A stretch of 64,000 nt of DNA from Candidatus Limosilactobacillus faecipullorum (GCA_019118465.1 DWYX01000018.1:6525-70524); one strand, 5' to 3'; numbered from the stretch's first letter, positions 1-9,914 are shown. Translations and numbers: made by a program. Notes: generated by a model from the letters alone, not told the origin.

Positions 1-13
1 TGAAAGCATTTGC

Positions 14-898
14 TTAGTCATGGGCAATCACCTGCTTCCCCCCATCAACCAAACTCTTTAAGTAGTTGGCGTACAAGTTATGATTTTGGACCTCAAAGTC
101 CTCAAAACTATCAAAAGTATCTAAGATACTCTTCCGTTCATAGCTAAGGATAGTATTTTCCTTGGAAAGTTCCAGAACAGCATGATTATTTTCCTTAATC
201 TTTCCAGCCGCTGTCCGCGCTTTTTCTTCTTGGTCTTCAAGCTTTGAAAGTTCACTTACGATTGCTTCTCTGGCTTCTCGGTTTTTACTTGATTCAAAAA
301 GTCCGTTTCGTGCACTCGCTTCTTTTAATTCTGCTTGAAGTTCTTCCTTCTTAGCTTCACGCTTGTCTTTAGAATCAATAAGGTTTTGAAGGCGATCATT
401 TTCCTTCGAGAGTTGATCAATCTTCTCGCCGTTAAAGCGTTTCCCAGATTGGCTAAGTTCAAACGACTTCGCTAATTTCTTGTATTCTGTTTGGTCAAAA
501 ATAAACCGGATATTTAAAACATCAAGTTCTCCAAATTGCCGCCGGTCCCACCAGTTACCAAAGTAAATCCGAAAATGACCAAGTTGGTATTCTTCATAAT
601 AGAAGAAGGGATAAGCTTGGCTAAGGTAATTAATCAACTTACTGCTTAAGTAATTACTTAAGTGATTTGTAATATCGTCTACCAAAGTCATAACCCCAGT
701 ATCGTTTGCTTTTTCTTCCCGGTGGAGGATTTCAGCAGCATACCGCCTTTGATCGAGTAAGGCATAAATCTTTTGATCTTCGTGGTCTTTGATAGCTTGA
801 TCTAATTCTTGTAAATAGTTAACCTTTTGTTTAATTGACTGATTAATAATTTCACTAATCGGTTGTGCACCGTTTTCAAATTTGCTTACCATCGGCAA
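14..898 (-). CDS. conserved hypothetical protein with long C-terminal coiled coil
   Basis: 294-aa ORF with AGGAG RBS and an E/K/Q-rich heptad region; no Walker motif; stop overlaps the ATG (19-21) of a next gene that runs off the window. Confidence 0.7.
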   Translation of the reverse strand: MPMVSKFENGAQPISEIINQSIKQKVNYLQELDQAIKDHEDQKIYALLDQRRYAAEILHREEKANDTGVMTLVDDITNHLSNYLSSKLINYLSQAYPFFYYEEYQLGHFRIYFGNWWDRRQFGELDVLNIRFIFDQTEYKKLAKSFELSQSGKRFNGEKIDQLSKENDRLQNLIDSKDKREAKKEELQAELKEASARNGLFESSKNREAREAIVSELSKLEDQEEKARTAAGKIKENNHAVLELSKENTILSYERKSILDTFDSFEDFEVQNHNLYANYLKSLVDGGKQVIAHD

Positions 899-1006
899 TA
901 TTCTCCTTAATTTGGTCTATCTTAATATTACCGACTTTTCCTTAAATTTTAAAGGGTTGAATCATTCCTTAACAACTTTTTTATTATTTTTATTAGTTAA
1001 CATTAC

Positions 1007-1034
1007 TTGTTCTTCAAAGTTTTTGAACTATAAT
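1007..1034 (+). promoter_or_regulatory. putative sigma70 promoter for the small ORF at 1083
   Basis: TTGTTC-N16-TATAAT. Confidence 0.45.
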
Positions 1035-1082
1035 GGAGTCGTCAAGTAAATTGACATTCCATATCAAAAGAGGCGAGTTTCG

Positions 1083-1208
1083 ATGGCACTTAGCAAGCAA
1101 GAACGCAAAGAAATGGCTCGCAAGGCGATGGAAAAGCGCGGTAACCAAAAGCCAAAGGGCTTAGGATTTGCCAAGATTGACGCAGACGCCGCCAAGTTAA
1201 ATAAATAA
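1083..1208 (+). CDS. small basic protein, 41 aa (MALSKQERKEMARKAMEKRGNQKPKGLGFAKIDADAAKLNK)
   Basis: Translated by hand; GAGG RBS, upstream TATAAT and downstream hairpin; below the ORF-track cutoff. Confidence 0.65.
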   Translation: MALSKQERKEMARKAMEKRGNQKPKGLGFAKIDADAAKLNK

Positions 1209-1223
1209 TGCTTTTAGTACCAC

Positions 1224-1408
1224 AAGAGGCTGGGAAGAAACTTGCGTTTCTTTCCAGCCTCTCTTCTACGAATATTACACAGAAACTACAGTCAAAAACC
1301 GCGACTTTGGAGAATAAGTTCGAACAAAAGAACGATTATTGCGAATCATTCTTCGTCCCCCTTCATCCTTTCCAAGCCGTCGAGAGGGTTTTCTCCCGCG
1401 CTCTTTTT
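1224..1408 (+). repeat. MITE/terminator-like dispersed repeat, full-length copy 1
   Basis: Colinear similarity to the reverse complement of 43246-43426 (GAGGCTGGGAAGAAA...ATTACACAGAAAC..AGTCAAAAAC...ATAAGTTC..AC.AAAG.ACGATT...GTCGAGA..GTTTTCTCCC); ends are imperfect inverted repeats. Confidence 0.75.
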
Positions 1409-1459
1409 AATTTGATTTTGTTAATTAGGTCGTCGTGCAGAAATTTTGCTACCTTTTAC

Positions 1460-2800
1460 CTAATATTTTTCCATGTACCGATCCCGCTCCCAGTTTGAAA
1501 CGTTCAACCGGTAGGCGGCGTATTCCTTGGTCTTCGCCATCATGAAGCTTTTAAAGAGGTGTTCTCCCATGGCATCCTTGATCACGTCATCTTGGGCCAA
1601 ACTCTTCAAAGCATTATGCAAAGTATCTGGAAGATCCTTGATTCCCTTTTCTTTCCGTTGTGCCATTGTCATCTTGTAGATATTTTCATCAACGGCTGGC
1701 ATTGGTTGTAGGTTCCGCTTCAAACCGTCTAACCCAGCTGCAAGAATCGTTGCGATTGCTAAGTATGGGTTAGCGGATGGGTCAACTGACCGTAACTCTA
1801 GTCGTGTACTCAAGCCACGACTCCCGGGGATCCGAATTAATGGGGAACGGTTAGAAGCTGACCAAGCAACGTAAACCGGAGCTTCATAACCTGGAACTAA
1901 CCGTTTGTAGGAATTTACGATTGGGTTGCAGACAGCAGTCAAACTCCGAACATGATCCAAGACCCCTGCCAAGAATTGGTAAGCAGTTTGGGATAATTGT
2001 AAGGAATCATTTTCATCATAAAAGGCATTGCCTGCTTCAGTAAAGAGGGACATGTTCATATGCATCCCCGAACCATTAACCCCAGAAAGCGGCTTTGGCA
2101 TAAAGGTTGCGTGTAAGCCGTACTTCTTTGCAATTGTCTTTACCACCATCTTAAACATTTGGATGTTATCAGCGGCTTCGAGGGCATCAGCGTATTTAAA
2201 GTCAACTTCGTGTTGGCCAGGGGCAACTTCGTGGTGAGAAGCTTCCACTGAGAAGCCAAGCTTTTCAAGGGCAAGCACGATATCGCGTCGGCAATCTTCA
2301 CCGCGGTCCGCTGGTTCCATATCAAAGTAGTTTTCTTGGTCATTAACTTCCATTGTTGGCTTGCCAGCATCGTCAGTCTTAAACAAGAAGAATTCTGGTT
2401 CCGGTCCAATATTAAAGCTTGTGAAACCGGCTGCCTTCATTTCAGCCACAATCCGCTTCAAATTATTCCGGGGATCACCCGCAAATGGTTTACCATCAAT
2501 CGTGTAAACGCTACAGATAACTTGGGCAACCTTACCATGTTCTTGACCCCAAGGGGAAATTAACCAGGTACTCATATCAGGATAAAGATACATATCACTT
2601 TCTTCAATCCGTACAAAGCCGTCAATTGAAGAACCATCAAACATGATCTTGTTTTCAAGCAACTTATCAAGTTGGCTAATTGGTAAATCAACACTCTTGC
2701 TCATCCCAAACAAGTCCGTAAACATTAAGCGTAAAAAGCGAACATCTTCGGTCTTAATTAATTCACGCACTTCATCTTTGGTATATACATGCCTTGTCAT
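1460..2800 (-). CDS. glnA: glutamine synthetase type I
   Basis: [34 protein letters not shown] and ELRSVDP motifs. Confidence 0.97.
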   Translation of the reverse strand: MTRHVYTKDEVRELIKTEDVRFLRLMFTDLFGMSKSVDLPISQLDKLLENKIMFDGSSIDGFVRIEESDMYLYPDMSTWLISPWGQEHGKVAQVICSVYTIDGKPFAGDPRNNLKRIVAEMKAAGFTSFNIGPEPEFFLFKTDDAGKPTMEVNDQENYFDMEPADRGEDCRRDIVLALEKLGFSVEASHHEVAPGQHEVDFKYADALEAADNIQMFKMVVKTIAKKYGLHATFMPKPLSGVNGSGMHMNMSLFTEAGNAFYDENDSLQLSQTAYQFLAGVLDHVRSLTAVCNPIVNSYKRLVPGYEAPVYVAWSASNRSPLIRIPGSRGLSTRLELRSVDPSANPYLAIATILAAGLDGLKRNLQPMPAVDENIYKMTMAQRKEKGIKDLPDTLHNALKSLAQDDVIKDAMGEHLFKSFMMAKTKEYAAYRLNVSNWERDRYMEKY

Positions 2801-2863
2801 TTTGTATAGTTCCTTTCTGGCTAATCCAATCGTGTTTTCCTTTAGAATTTCTAAATTGGTATT

Positions 2864-2891
2864 AGTTTATCACCCTGGTTTGCCATGTCAA
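2864..2891 (-). promoter_or_regulatory. putative glnA promoter
   Basis: TTGACA-N16-TAAACT with TG extension on the minus strand. Confidence 0.5.
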
Positions 2892-2939
2892 TTTAATCTG
2901 TAAATTCCAATGGACATTAGATCGTAAGCGGTTCAAACT

Positions 2940-3857
2940 TTACTTTTTTAACCATGCTTTCACTTGGGCTTCGATTTTTTCAGCCCGGTCTTTTTCTTGA
3001 ACGAGATCGAACCAGTGACAGTCCTCTTGATTCCGAAACCAGGTTAGTTGCCGTTTAGCATAGTGACGCGAATCAAGCTTGATTTTTTCTACTGCCGCAT
3101 CAAGCGAGCATTCACCAGTAAAATATGGAAAGAGTTCACGGTAGCCAATCCCTTTCCCGGCGGGTAATTTCTCACCACCCTGGTCATATAACCAGCGGGC
3201 CTCATCAAGTAACCCTTGGGTCATCATTTGGTCCACTCGTTGGTTAATACGATCGTAGAGTTTTTGCCGGTCAGTAGTTAGGCCGATAATGAAGTAGTCG
3301 TCTTCGGTAGTTAACTGTGGTTGCTGGGAAAAAAGTTGTCCCGTTTTTTCAATTACTTCTAGCGCCCGAATCGTCCGCCGCAAATTTTGAACCGGAATTT
3401 TATTTGCCGCTTCTGGATCAAGTTGGTTTAGTTGCTGCCAAATAACTTCTTTACCTAGTTTTTCGGCTTTTTGATGCCACTTTTCGCGGATTTGCTTTGA
3501 TTCTTCTTGATCATTTCCTAAGGCCAATTCATTGGTGAGGGCATGCAGATAAAAACCAGTACCCCCAACGATAATTGGTAATTGACCATTTTGAGCAATT
3601 GAGTGAATTTTAGCCTTAGCTTCCCGTTTAAACTCCGCAACCGAGTATTGTTGATCAACATTTCGGATATCGATTAAATAATGGGGAACTCCTGCCTTTT
3701 CTGCTGGCGTAACTTTAGCGGTCCCAATATCCAGTTTTCGGTAGACCTGCATCGAATCACCGGAAATCACTGCCCCATTTAACCGGTGGGCAAGGTGAAC
3801 TGAAAGCGCCGTTTTCCCCACCGCGGTGGGACCGACAATTGCTAGTACTTTTGTCAT
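2940..3857 (-). CDS. miaA: tRNA dimethylallyltransferase
   Basis: GPTAVGKT, DSMQVY, VGGTGFY and YAKRQLTW motifs; start moved to ATG at 3857 (MTKVLAIV). Confidence 0.96.
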   Translation of the reverse strand: MTKVLAIVGPTAVGKTALSVHLAHRLNGAVISGDSMQVYRKLDIGTAKVTPAEKAGVPHYLIDIRNVDQQYSVAEFKREAKAKIHSIAQNGQLPIIVGGTGFYLHALTNELALGNDQEESKQIREKWHQKAEKLGKEVIWQQLNQLDPEAANKIPVQNLRRTIRALEVIEKTGQLFSQQPQLTTEDDYFIIGLTTDRQKLYDRINQRVDQMMTQGLLDEARWLYDQGGEKLPAGKGIGYRELFPYFTGECSLDAAVEKIKLDSRHYAKRQLTWFRNQEDCHWFDLVQEKDRAEKIEAQVKAWLKK

Positions 3858-3969
3858 TTTCTTAAATTGCACCCCTTTTCTAAAACTTTTTTTGCTTTTT
3901 ATAATTATGACTGGTAAAAATGATGTTAATCTTGCATAATGGAAATAATTACCATAAGGAGGCAGACCA

Positions 3970-4146
3970 ATGAAACAATTTTCAAAAGGATTTTTAGTGG
4001 GAACCTTAGCAACCTTGGGAGCTTTAGCGAGTGGCGTTTTTACCTTCCACAAGACGGTTGTAAAGCCAATTGAAGAAACGGAAGAAAAGTTCGATACTAA
4101 TCGCCGGGCAGCTGTTCGGAAAGGTCGTTCTTCCCACCAATTCTAA
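3970..4146 (+). CDS. DUF3042-like small membrane protein, 58 aa
   Basis: AGGAGG RBS; MKQFSKGFLVGTLATLGALASGVFTFHKTVVKPIEETEEKFDTNRRAAVRKGRSSHQF; not in the ORF track. Confidence 0.8.
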   Translation: MKQFSKGFLVGTLATLGALASGVFTFHKTVVKPIEETEEKFDTNRRAAVRKGRSSHQF

Positions 4147-4158
4147 TTTCATTTAAAT

Positions 4159-4196
4159 AAAAGCGACGCTGACTTAAAACATCGGCGTCGCTTTTT
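4159..4196. terminator. bidirectional intrinsic terminator
   Basis: AAAAGCGACGCTGA-loop-TCGGCGTCGCTTTTT between convergent genes. Confidence 0.8.
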
Positions 4197-4197
4197 A

Positions 4198-4614
4198 TTA
4201 ATATTTCGACTTCTTCGTCTTACCAGTCCACTTTGAGTAGCCACCATCTAAAATGAAGAGTTGTTTGTAACCCTGCTTAGCAAGCCAAGCGGCTGCTTGG
4301 GTACTCAAAGTCATTCCTTCATCATATAGGTAAATTGGCAAATCTGCTCTCAAGTCACCCATTTGTTGCTTCATGTAAGCTAATGGCATACTCCGTGCGC
4401 CCAGGATGTGGCCCTTATCAAAATCTTCTTTCGAACGCACATCCAAAACTTGGGCACGGTGCGATCCTTTTTGGAAAGCTTCTTGATCCAACATCGTTGC
4501 GTACTTTTTCCGCCGCCAACGATTCAAGCCTGCGCTCCCTAACCAGATTACCAAAATAATGATGATGACAGCATCAAACATTAACAAGCCACTTGAAACC
4601 GATGCAACTACCAT
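4198..4614 (-). CDS. rhodanese-like domain membrane protein (YqhL-like)
   Basis: N-terminal TM segment; LDVR..F..GHILGAR and LDGGYSKW motifs. Confidence 0.85.
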   Translation of the reverse strand: MVVASVSSGLLMFDAVIIIILVIWLGSAGLNRWRRKKYATMLDQEAFQKGSHRAQVLDVRSKEDFDKGHILGARSMPLAYMKQQMGDLRADLPIYLYDEGMTLSTQAAAWLAKQGYKQLFILDGGYSKWTGKTKKSKY

Positions 4615-4647
4615 TTTTTATCACGCTCCACTAAAAATAGGTTTAGC

Positions 4648-5619
4648 CTATGCAAACTGCGTAGCTAAAGAAGCAGCCCCGATAACTCCAGCGTCATTAC
4701 CAAGTTCTGCCAACTTCAGCTTCGTTGAAGTCTTAACCGTTGCAAAAGCAAATTCTTCAAAGTACTTTTGAACCCGAGTTAACAAGAAATCTCCAGCGGC
4801 TGAAACCCCACCACCAATAACAACAAATTCAGGGTTTAAGGTGTCGGAGAGGTTAGCAACAGCTAAGCCAAGGTAGTAACAAACCTTGTCAACAACTTGA
4901 TTTGCCAAGAAGTCGTTTTGCTTAGCTAAGTCAAAGACGATCTTAGAGGTGATTTCATCCCCATCATCAATCATCTTCTTCAGTGGAGAATTACCTTCGT
5001 ACTCTTCAGCTAAGTCTTGAGCCAAGTGCACAACCCCAGTTGCAGAAGCGTATTGTTCAAGACAACCGCGCTTCCCACAAGTACAAAGATAACCTTTGTT
5101 TGGTTCAACGGTGATGTGACCAACTTCACCAGCAGCCCCACCAACGCCGTGAAGAAGTTGCCGGTTGGCAATTAAGCCCCCACCGACACCAGTCCCAAGG
5201 GTGATGAAAGCAACATCGTCACCATCATTACCAGCACCCTTCCAACGTTCACCTAAACCAGCACAGTTTGCATCGTTATCCAAAGCAAACTTCAAGCCAG
5301 TCCCAGCTTCGATTTGTTCCTTAACCGGTTGTAAAGTCTTCCAGTTAAGGTTGTAGGCCCCGATTACCGTACCGGCCTTCCGATCAACCGTTCCGGGAGT
5401 TCCCATTCCAATCCCAATAAATTGATCCTTGCTCATCTTGTAAAGATCAATATGGTGATTAATTGATTCAATAGTGTCTGGCACAATGTGGGAACCTTCA
5501 TCAAGAATATTAGTCCGAATTGACCACTTTTCTTGGATTTCCCCTTCAGCCGTCAAAATTGCAAACTTAATCGTTGTTCCACCAAGGTCAACACCAATGA
5601 GTTTCTTGTTACTAGTCAT
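4648..5619 (-). CDS. glcK: ROK-family glucokinase
   Basis: GVDLGGT, DNDAN, TLGTGVGGG and GEVGH..CTCGKRGCLE motifs. Confidence 0.95.
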   Translation of the reverse strand: MTSNKKLIGVDLGGTTIKFAILTAEGEIQEKWSIRTNILDEGSHIVPDTIESINHHIDLYKMSKDQFIGIGMGTPGTVDRKAGTVIGAYNLNWKTLQPVKEQIEAGTGLKFALDNDANCAGLGERWKGAGNDGDDVAFITLGTGVGGGLIANRQLLHGVGGAAGEVGHITVEPNKGYLCTCGKRGCLEQYASATGVVHLAQDLAEEYEGNSPLKKMIDDGDEITSKIVFDLAKQNDFLANQVVDKVCYYLGLAVANLSDTLNPEFVVIGGGVSAAGDFLLTRVQKYFEEFAFATVKTSTKLKLAELGNDAGVIGAASLATQFA

Positions 5620-5854
5620 TTTTCCTTCTCTCCTGTGTTTCGTATTTTTCTTCTTCCCGGTGCTCTTTATTGAGAACTAATTTAGCTTGAAGAAAGTGAT
5701 CTTTATCAATTACGTGGGCCTGATAAAGATTATCAATTTCTAATGCCATTAGCTCAATATCCCAAAGTCGTTTGCCAACATAGACAAAAACGTTAAACTG
5801 TTTCAAGAGCTGTTGAACGTCATATAGGGTTCGTAACCTTGTGACTGGTCTCAC
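5612..5854 (-). CDS. YqgQ/DUF910 family protein
   Basis: RTLYDVQQLLKQF..YVGKRLWDIELM; typical position between rhomboid and glcK. Confidence 0.8.
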   Translation of the reverse strand: MRPVTRLRTLYDVQQLLKQFNVFVYVGKRLWDIELMALEIDNLYQAHVIDKDHFLQAKLVLNKEHREEEKYETQERRKND

Positions 5855-6511
5855 CTAAAACCGCCCCAATCCGTAAAAAAGAAATCCTAAAACAATTAAT
5901 ATAGTGCCACTAAGCAACCGTTTTAGCAAGCTAATTTTCCCCAACAGCGGGGCACCAAGCGTGGCTACCGCCAAAAAACCAACTAAAAACCCGCCTAAGT
6001 GAGCCGCTAAACCAACATGGGGCATAAAAATGTCAAAGACGACATTTACTACCACCAAAATCAAAAATTGCCGCGCCATTAAGTGAACCCCACTATTATT
6101 TCGGAATTCACTTCCTAAAAAGATAAAAGCGCCAAACAAGCCAAAAATCCCGGTACTAGCACCAACTGCAATTGCTGCCGGATCAAACGCAAAACTGGCT
6201 AAATTACCACCGAGCACACTTAGAATAAAAAGCGCTAATAGGCGCCAATGACCAAATAATCGTTCTACATAATAACCAATTAGGTACAGGGTTAGCACAT
6301 TCATTAAAATATGCTCCCAGCCAAGGTGCACAAATCCAGCAGAAAAAAGCCGCCACCATTGACCATGCACGACTAACGGTGGATAAAGCGCACCCCATCG
6401 TAATAGATTGTAAGCCGTAAAGCCACCAGTAATTAGCATGCCCAGGTAAACAATCACCATCACAAAAATTAGACTACAAGTAACTGGAGCCTTTTGCCAA
6501 ACTGCTTTCAT
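5855..6511 (-). CDS. rhomboid intramembrane serine protease
   Basis: WWRL, H..MN, GASTG and AHLGG motifs. Confidence 0.92.
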   Translation of the reverse strand: MKAVWQKAPVTCSLIFVMVIVYLGMLITGGFTAYNLLRWGALYPPLVVHGQWWRLFSAGFVHLGWEHILMNVLTLYLIGYYVERLFGHWRLLALFILSVLGGNLASFAFDPAAIAVGASTGIFGLFGAFIFLGSEFRNNSGVHLMARQFLILVVVNVVFDIFMPHVGLAAHLGGFLVGFLAVATLGAPLLGKISLLKRLLSGTILIVLGFLFYGLGRF

Positions 6512-6521
6512 TTTTAATTCC

Positions 6522-7076
6522 TCATTTATCCAAACAGGTCAAAACCTGTTGAACATCGACATCAAATTCTTCGTGTGGCCAATCATTTTCACCGGCAATT
6601 TGGGTAGATAAGGCAAGAGCGATTGTTTGACCTGTATAACGAGCTAAGTAGCGATCGTAATATCCACCACCAAAGCCTAGGCGATGACCGGTTGGGCTAA
6701 AAGCAACTCCAGGGACAATAATTAAATCAATGTCCGCTGATAAATAGACTTGACCATTTACTGGTTCTTCAATTCCAAAGGACGATTTTTCAAATTTAGT
6801 CGCTTGATTAAGTTCCACGAACTCCATTTGTCTTTTTGGTAAAGTTCGTGGAATCACAACAACTTTTCCCATTGCTTGGGCAATGTTAATTAAAGGAGCG
6901 GTATCGAGCTCAAAGCCCTGGCTCAAGGTTACAGCAACCACCTTTGCCTCTTGCCAAGCTTTCTGCTGAATCAATTTGGTAACTAGGTCCGCTTCTTGTT
7001 TACGTTTATCTTCTGGCGTTAATTCTTTCATCCACGAAATAAATTGTCCACGTACCATTTTCTTATTTTCGGCCAT
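6522..7076 (-). CDS. 5-formyltetrahydrofolate cyclo-ligase
   Basis: IVPGVAF...RLGFGGGYYDRYL motif. Confidence 0.93.
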   Translation of the reverse strand: MAENKKMVRGQFISWMKELTPEDKRKQEADLVTKLIQQKAWQEAKVVAVTLSQGFELDTAPLINIAQAMGKVVVIPRTLPKRQMEFVELNQATKFEKSSFGIEEPVNGQVYLSADIDLIIVPGVAFSPTGHRLGFGGGYYDRYLARYTGQTIALALSTQIAGENDWPHEEFDVDVQQVLTCLDK

Positions 7077-7170
7077 GTGCCTAACCTCTTTTCATCCCGT
7101 CAATTACATAACTAAGTAATCATTGTGACAAATTTTTCAAAAAGGTTCAAGCAACATTACCTTAAATAAA

Positions 7171-7199
7171 GAAAGAGCCGGGAAAATCCCGGCTCTTTC
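7171..7199 (-). terminator. intrinsic terminator after rpmG
   Basis: GAAAGAGCCGGGA-AAA-TCCCGGCTCTTTC palindrome. Confidence 0.8.
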
Positions 7200-7211
7200 A
7201 CTTGAATCCCA

Positions 7212-7361
7212 CTACTTAGTTTCGCGGTGTAAAGTAACCTTACGTTCCCGTGGGCAGTACTTCTTTAATTCCAGCCGATCGGGGTTGTTACGACGGTTCT
7301 TACTAGTTAAGTAATTCCGTTCGTGGCACTCAGTGCATTCCATAGTGATGTTTACACGCAT
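7212..7361 (-). CDS. rpmG: 50S ribosomal protein L33, 49 aa
   Basis: Translated by hand: [49 protein letters not shown]; GGAGG RBS. Confidence 0.97.
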   Translation of the reverse strand: MRVNITMECTECHERNYLTSKNRRNNPDRLELKKYCPRERKVTLHRETK

Positions 7362-7483
7362 TGGTTTTTGCCTCCAAACTTTTTATTTTTAACGAGAATA
7401 CGTTATACGTAACCCTAACTCGTACAACTATAGCATTAATTTCCGCTTTTGGCTAGTCTTTCCTTTGGATTTCCCCACTAATT

Positions 7484-8604
7484 TTACCGGTTTGAATACA
7501 TTGCAAGCACCGTTAAAGTCGCGTCATAGTAGTTATCCGTTGGTAATTTTTGAGCGAAAATATATTGCTCGCGAGTATATAAATTACTGTACTTTGAAGT
7601 CCGATTCATATTAACCGCCGCAAAAACAGGGGCATCAAAACTGGCCGATTGACTTTTACTTAATGGCCTTCCATTTAAATGATAACCAGCTGCCAAATAA
7701 TCGGCATCCTTAAAGAAGCGTAACATTTTGTCTAAAATTTGGGGTGCTCCATCCTTTTGGTAACCAGCTAATAACCAAGGCAAGCGACAGCTGTTGTAAC
7801 CATAGTCACCATCATTCTTAGTAGCAATTGCTTTGGCCTTAGCCGGAATCACTTTTTGACCCTCGATTCGCGCAAAATCAGGAATTAAGCCTGTTCGGTG
7901 TAACTTCGAGAGACTCTTTAAATAGTGGAGCATTCCCTTGCGAACCATAATCCAGCGAGCATCTCCTGTCGCCTGATACAGATCATCAAAGACGTATGGC
8001 ATACAATCACTGGTTCGGATGTAATAATGGTACTTCGTTACCCGAGTTTTGGGAACCCAATTTCCTAATTGAATGGTGTTATTTTGGTGATTGACTTCGC
8101 TTGCCATAATTTCGTTGGCCAGCTGTTTGGAAAGTTGTAAGTATCTTTCATTATGCCACTGCCGACTAGCAAGGTATAAGGCCTGGGCAATCATTAAATC
8201 TCCATCGGAAGCACTCGTTTGATCTGACCGGTACTTTCTCCGAATAATTTGTTGCCGCCAAGCCATTAATTCACTGTTTTTTAGTCGATGGGCCAAGTAG
8301 TAATTCGTCAATCGCTTAAAATCGGCTTGAGCATGCTCATTATGATCCGCACTTACGACTGATAAATACATTCCATACCCCAAAGCTTCACTTGTGGTAT
8401 ACCGACTCCGACCAGCAACTGTCATCTTTACAAAACTTTGGTTAGTATGGGGAATGGCAACTAGATAATGTTTGCGCCAATCTTGAAAGTATTGCCGCTT
8501 AACTGCTCTTGGATTATCAATCCGAACCCACAAAAAAATCAGACAGTAAATCACAATAAAAAGGACTGCTAAGCTTAAATACCAAGCTTTTTTCTTTTAT
8601 TCAT
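7484..8604 (-). pseudogene. GH8 glycoside hydrolase (PssZ/BcsZ-like), frameshifted near the 5' end
   Basis: TSEALGYGM, SASDGDL, RTSD, GLIPDF and YNSCR motifs. The GGGAGG RBS and ATG at 8604 are 1 nt out of frame with the main ORF (7484-8554) across an A6 run at 8588-8593. Confidence 0.75.
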
Positions 8605-8615
8605 TAACTTCCTCC

Positions 8616-9914
8616 CTAATCCGCAAATCGTTTGGTCTTAACCCACTTTGTTCCGTTCCGGTGTAAAAGCCGATCAAGGATAACGCTAATGACCGCATGA
8701 ATTGAAACGATAATGAACAATTGAGAATAAGTAAAGTATGAAGCTAAACTAATAAAGACTTGGTCAGTGGTGGCTTGCCCAAATTGCGTTGCTAAAGAAG
8801 TACCAATTTGTAAAACATATAGCAGAATCATCAAAATCCAGTTAAACAAAAGGAGTTGCATCATCATCATGTTCGACCCCGCAAAAGCGAAAGGTAGACT
8901 GACGGGGAAAAATAAATTAATGATCAAGGCAACTAGATTACTCAAGAAAATAATGTCGGAAAGGACAATTGCCGCATTAAACCAAAAGAAGGTACACGAA
9001 TAATAAAAAACTTCGAGTTTAACCCGCCAACTTGCCGGTATAAAAAAGTACTTAAAGTTTTTAATTACGACTTCATAATTCCCCTTTGCCCACCGCAAAC
9101 GTTGGAAATAGTAGTCCTTTAGACGTTCTGGTTCCTGCTGAAAAGCTTCACTATTGTAAGCCAAAGCAATCAGCCGCCCCGTTTGCATGATCTTAAAGGA
9201 AATATCAGTATCTTCCGTTAAGGCTCCGTTTTCCCAACCGCCAATTTGTTTAACGAATTCGCGATTGATAATAAAGTTAGTTCCGGGAATCCGGCCAATT
9301 TTAAAGAGGTGCCAAATGCCGACGTGTTGGATTCGCTGGGTAACTACAATTTCTTGGTTAATACATTTCGTTAAGAAGTTCTGTCGAGCATTCCGGGTCT
9401 TATTCCGGCCAAAAGCAGCCATGTGCTGCTTAGGATCTTCTAAAACCTTTTTAACCAAGAAATAGAGGGCATTTTCTTCTGGCATCGCATCGGCATCATA
9501 AACACCAATATATTCCCCACTAGCAATTTTTAAGGCATCATTGAGGACCCCCGCTTTTCCCCCAGATCCTGATCGTTCAATAATTTGAACATCCCGGTCA
9601 CGATATTTTGCAACCGTCGCCCGCATAATTTGGGCGGTATTATCTTCACAGTTATCAGCATACAAGAGGAGTTGAACTTGTTTGGGGGGATAATTTAAAT
9701 TCAAAATAGCTTCCGTTGTCTTGCTAATGACCACCGCTTCATTGTGAGCCGGGACAACCAAGGTAATCTTCGGATATCGCTTTAAGGGAGTGATTTTAAT
9801 TAACCGTTTTGATCCCTTTAACCAAAAATGGACTGCTCCAGCTAGGGTCACGATACTCATCAAAAGTGACATCCAAATTGAACACAATGTAAAAATTACT
9901 AAAGCATTTTTCAT
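8616..9914 (-). CDS. processive GT2 polysaccharide synthase (PssC/IcaA-like)
   Basis: VPAHNE, GKAG, DAD, TED and QRLRW motifs; N- and C-terminal TM helices. Confidence 0.92.
   Translation of the reverse strand: MKNALVIFTLCSIWMSLLMSIVTLAGAVHFWLKGSKRLIKITPLKRYPKITLVVPAHNEAVVISKTTEAILNLNYPPKQVQLLLYADNCEDNTAQIMRATVAKYRDRDVQIIERSGSGGKAGVLNDALKIASGEYIGVYDADAMPEENALYFLVKKVLEDPKQHMAAFGRNKTRNARQNFLTKCINQEIVVTQRIQHVGIWHLFKIGRIPGTNFIINREFVKQIGGWENGALTEDTDISFKIMQTGRLIALAYNSEAFQQEPERLKDYYFQRLRWAKGNYEVVIKNFKYFFIPASWRVKLEVFYYSCTFFWFNAAIVLSDIIFLSNLVALIINLFFPVSLPFAFAGSNMMMMQLLLFNWILMILLYVLQIGTSLATQFGQATTDQVFISLASYFTYSQLFIIVSIHAVISVILDRLLHRNGTKWVKTKRFAD

Noticed and set aside
14-898. SbcC/SMC-like nuclease call for the coiled-coil protein
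   Set aside because: No Walker A/B or ABC signature motif, and the protein is too short
1208-1498. 96-aa plus-strand ORF
   Set aside because: It runs through the repeat element and antisense into glnA, has no RBS and does not look like a protein
3858-4052. 65-aa N-terminal extension of MiaA in the ORF track
   Set aside because: It overlaps the divergent DUF3042-like gene and promoter region; the real start is ATG 3857
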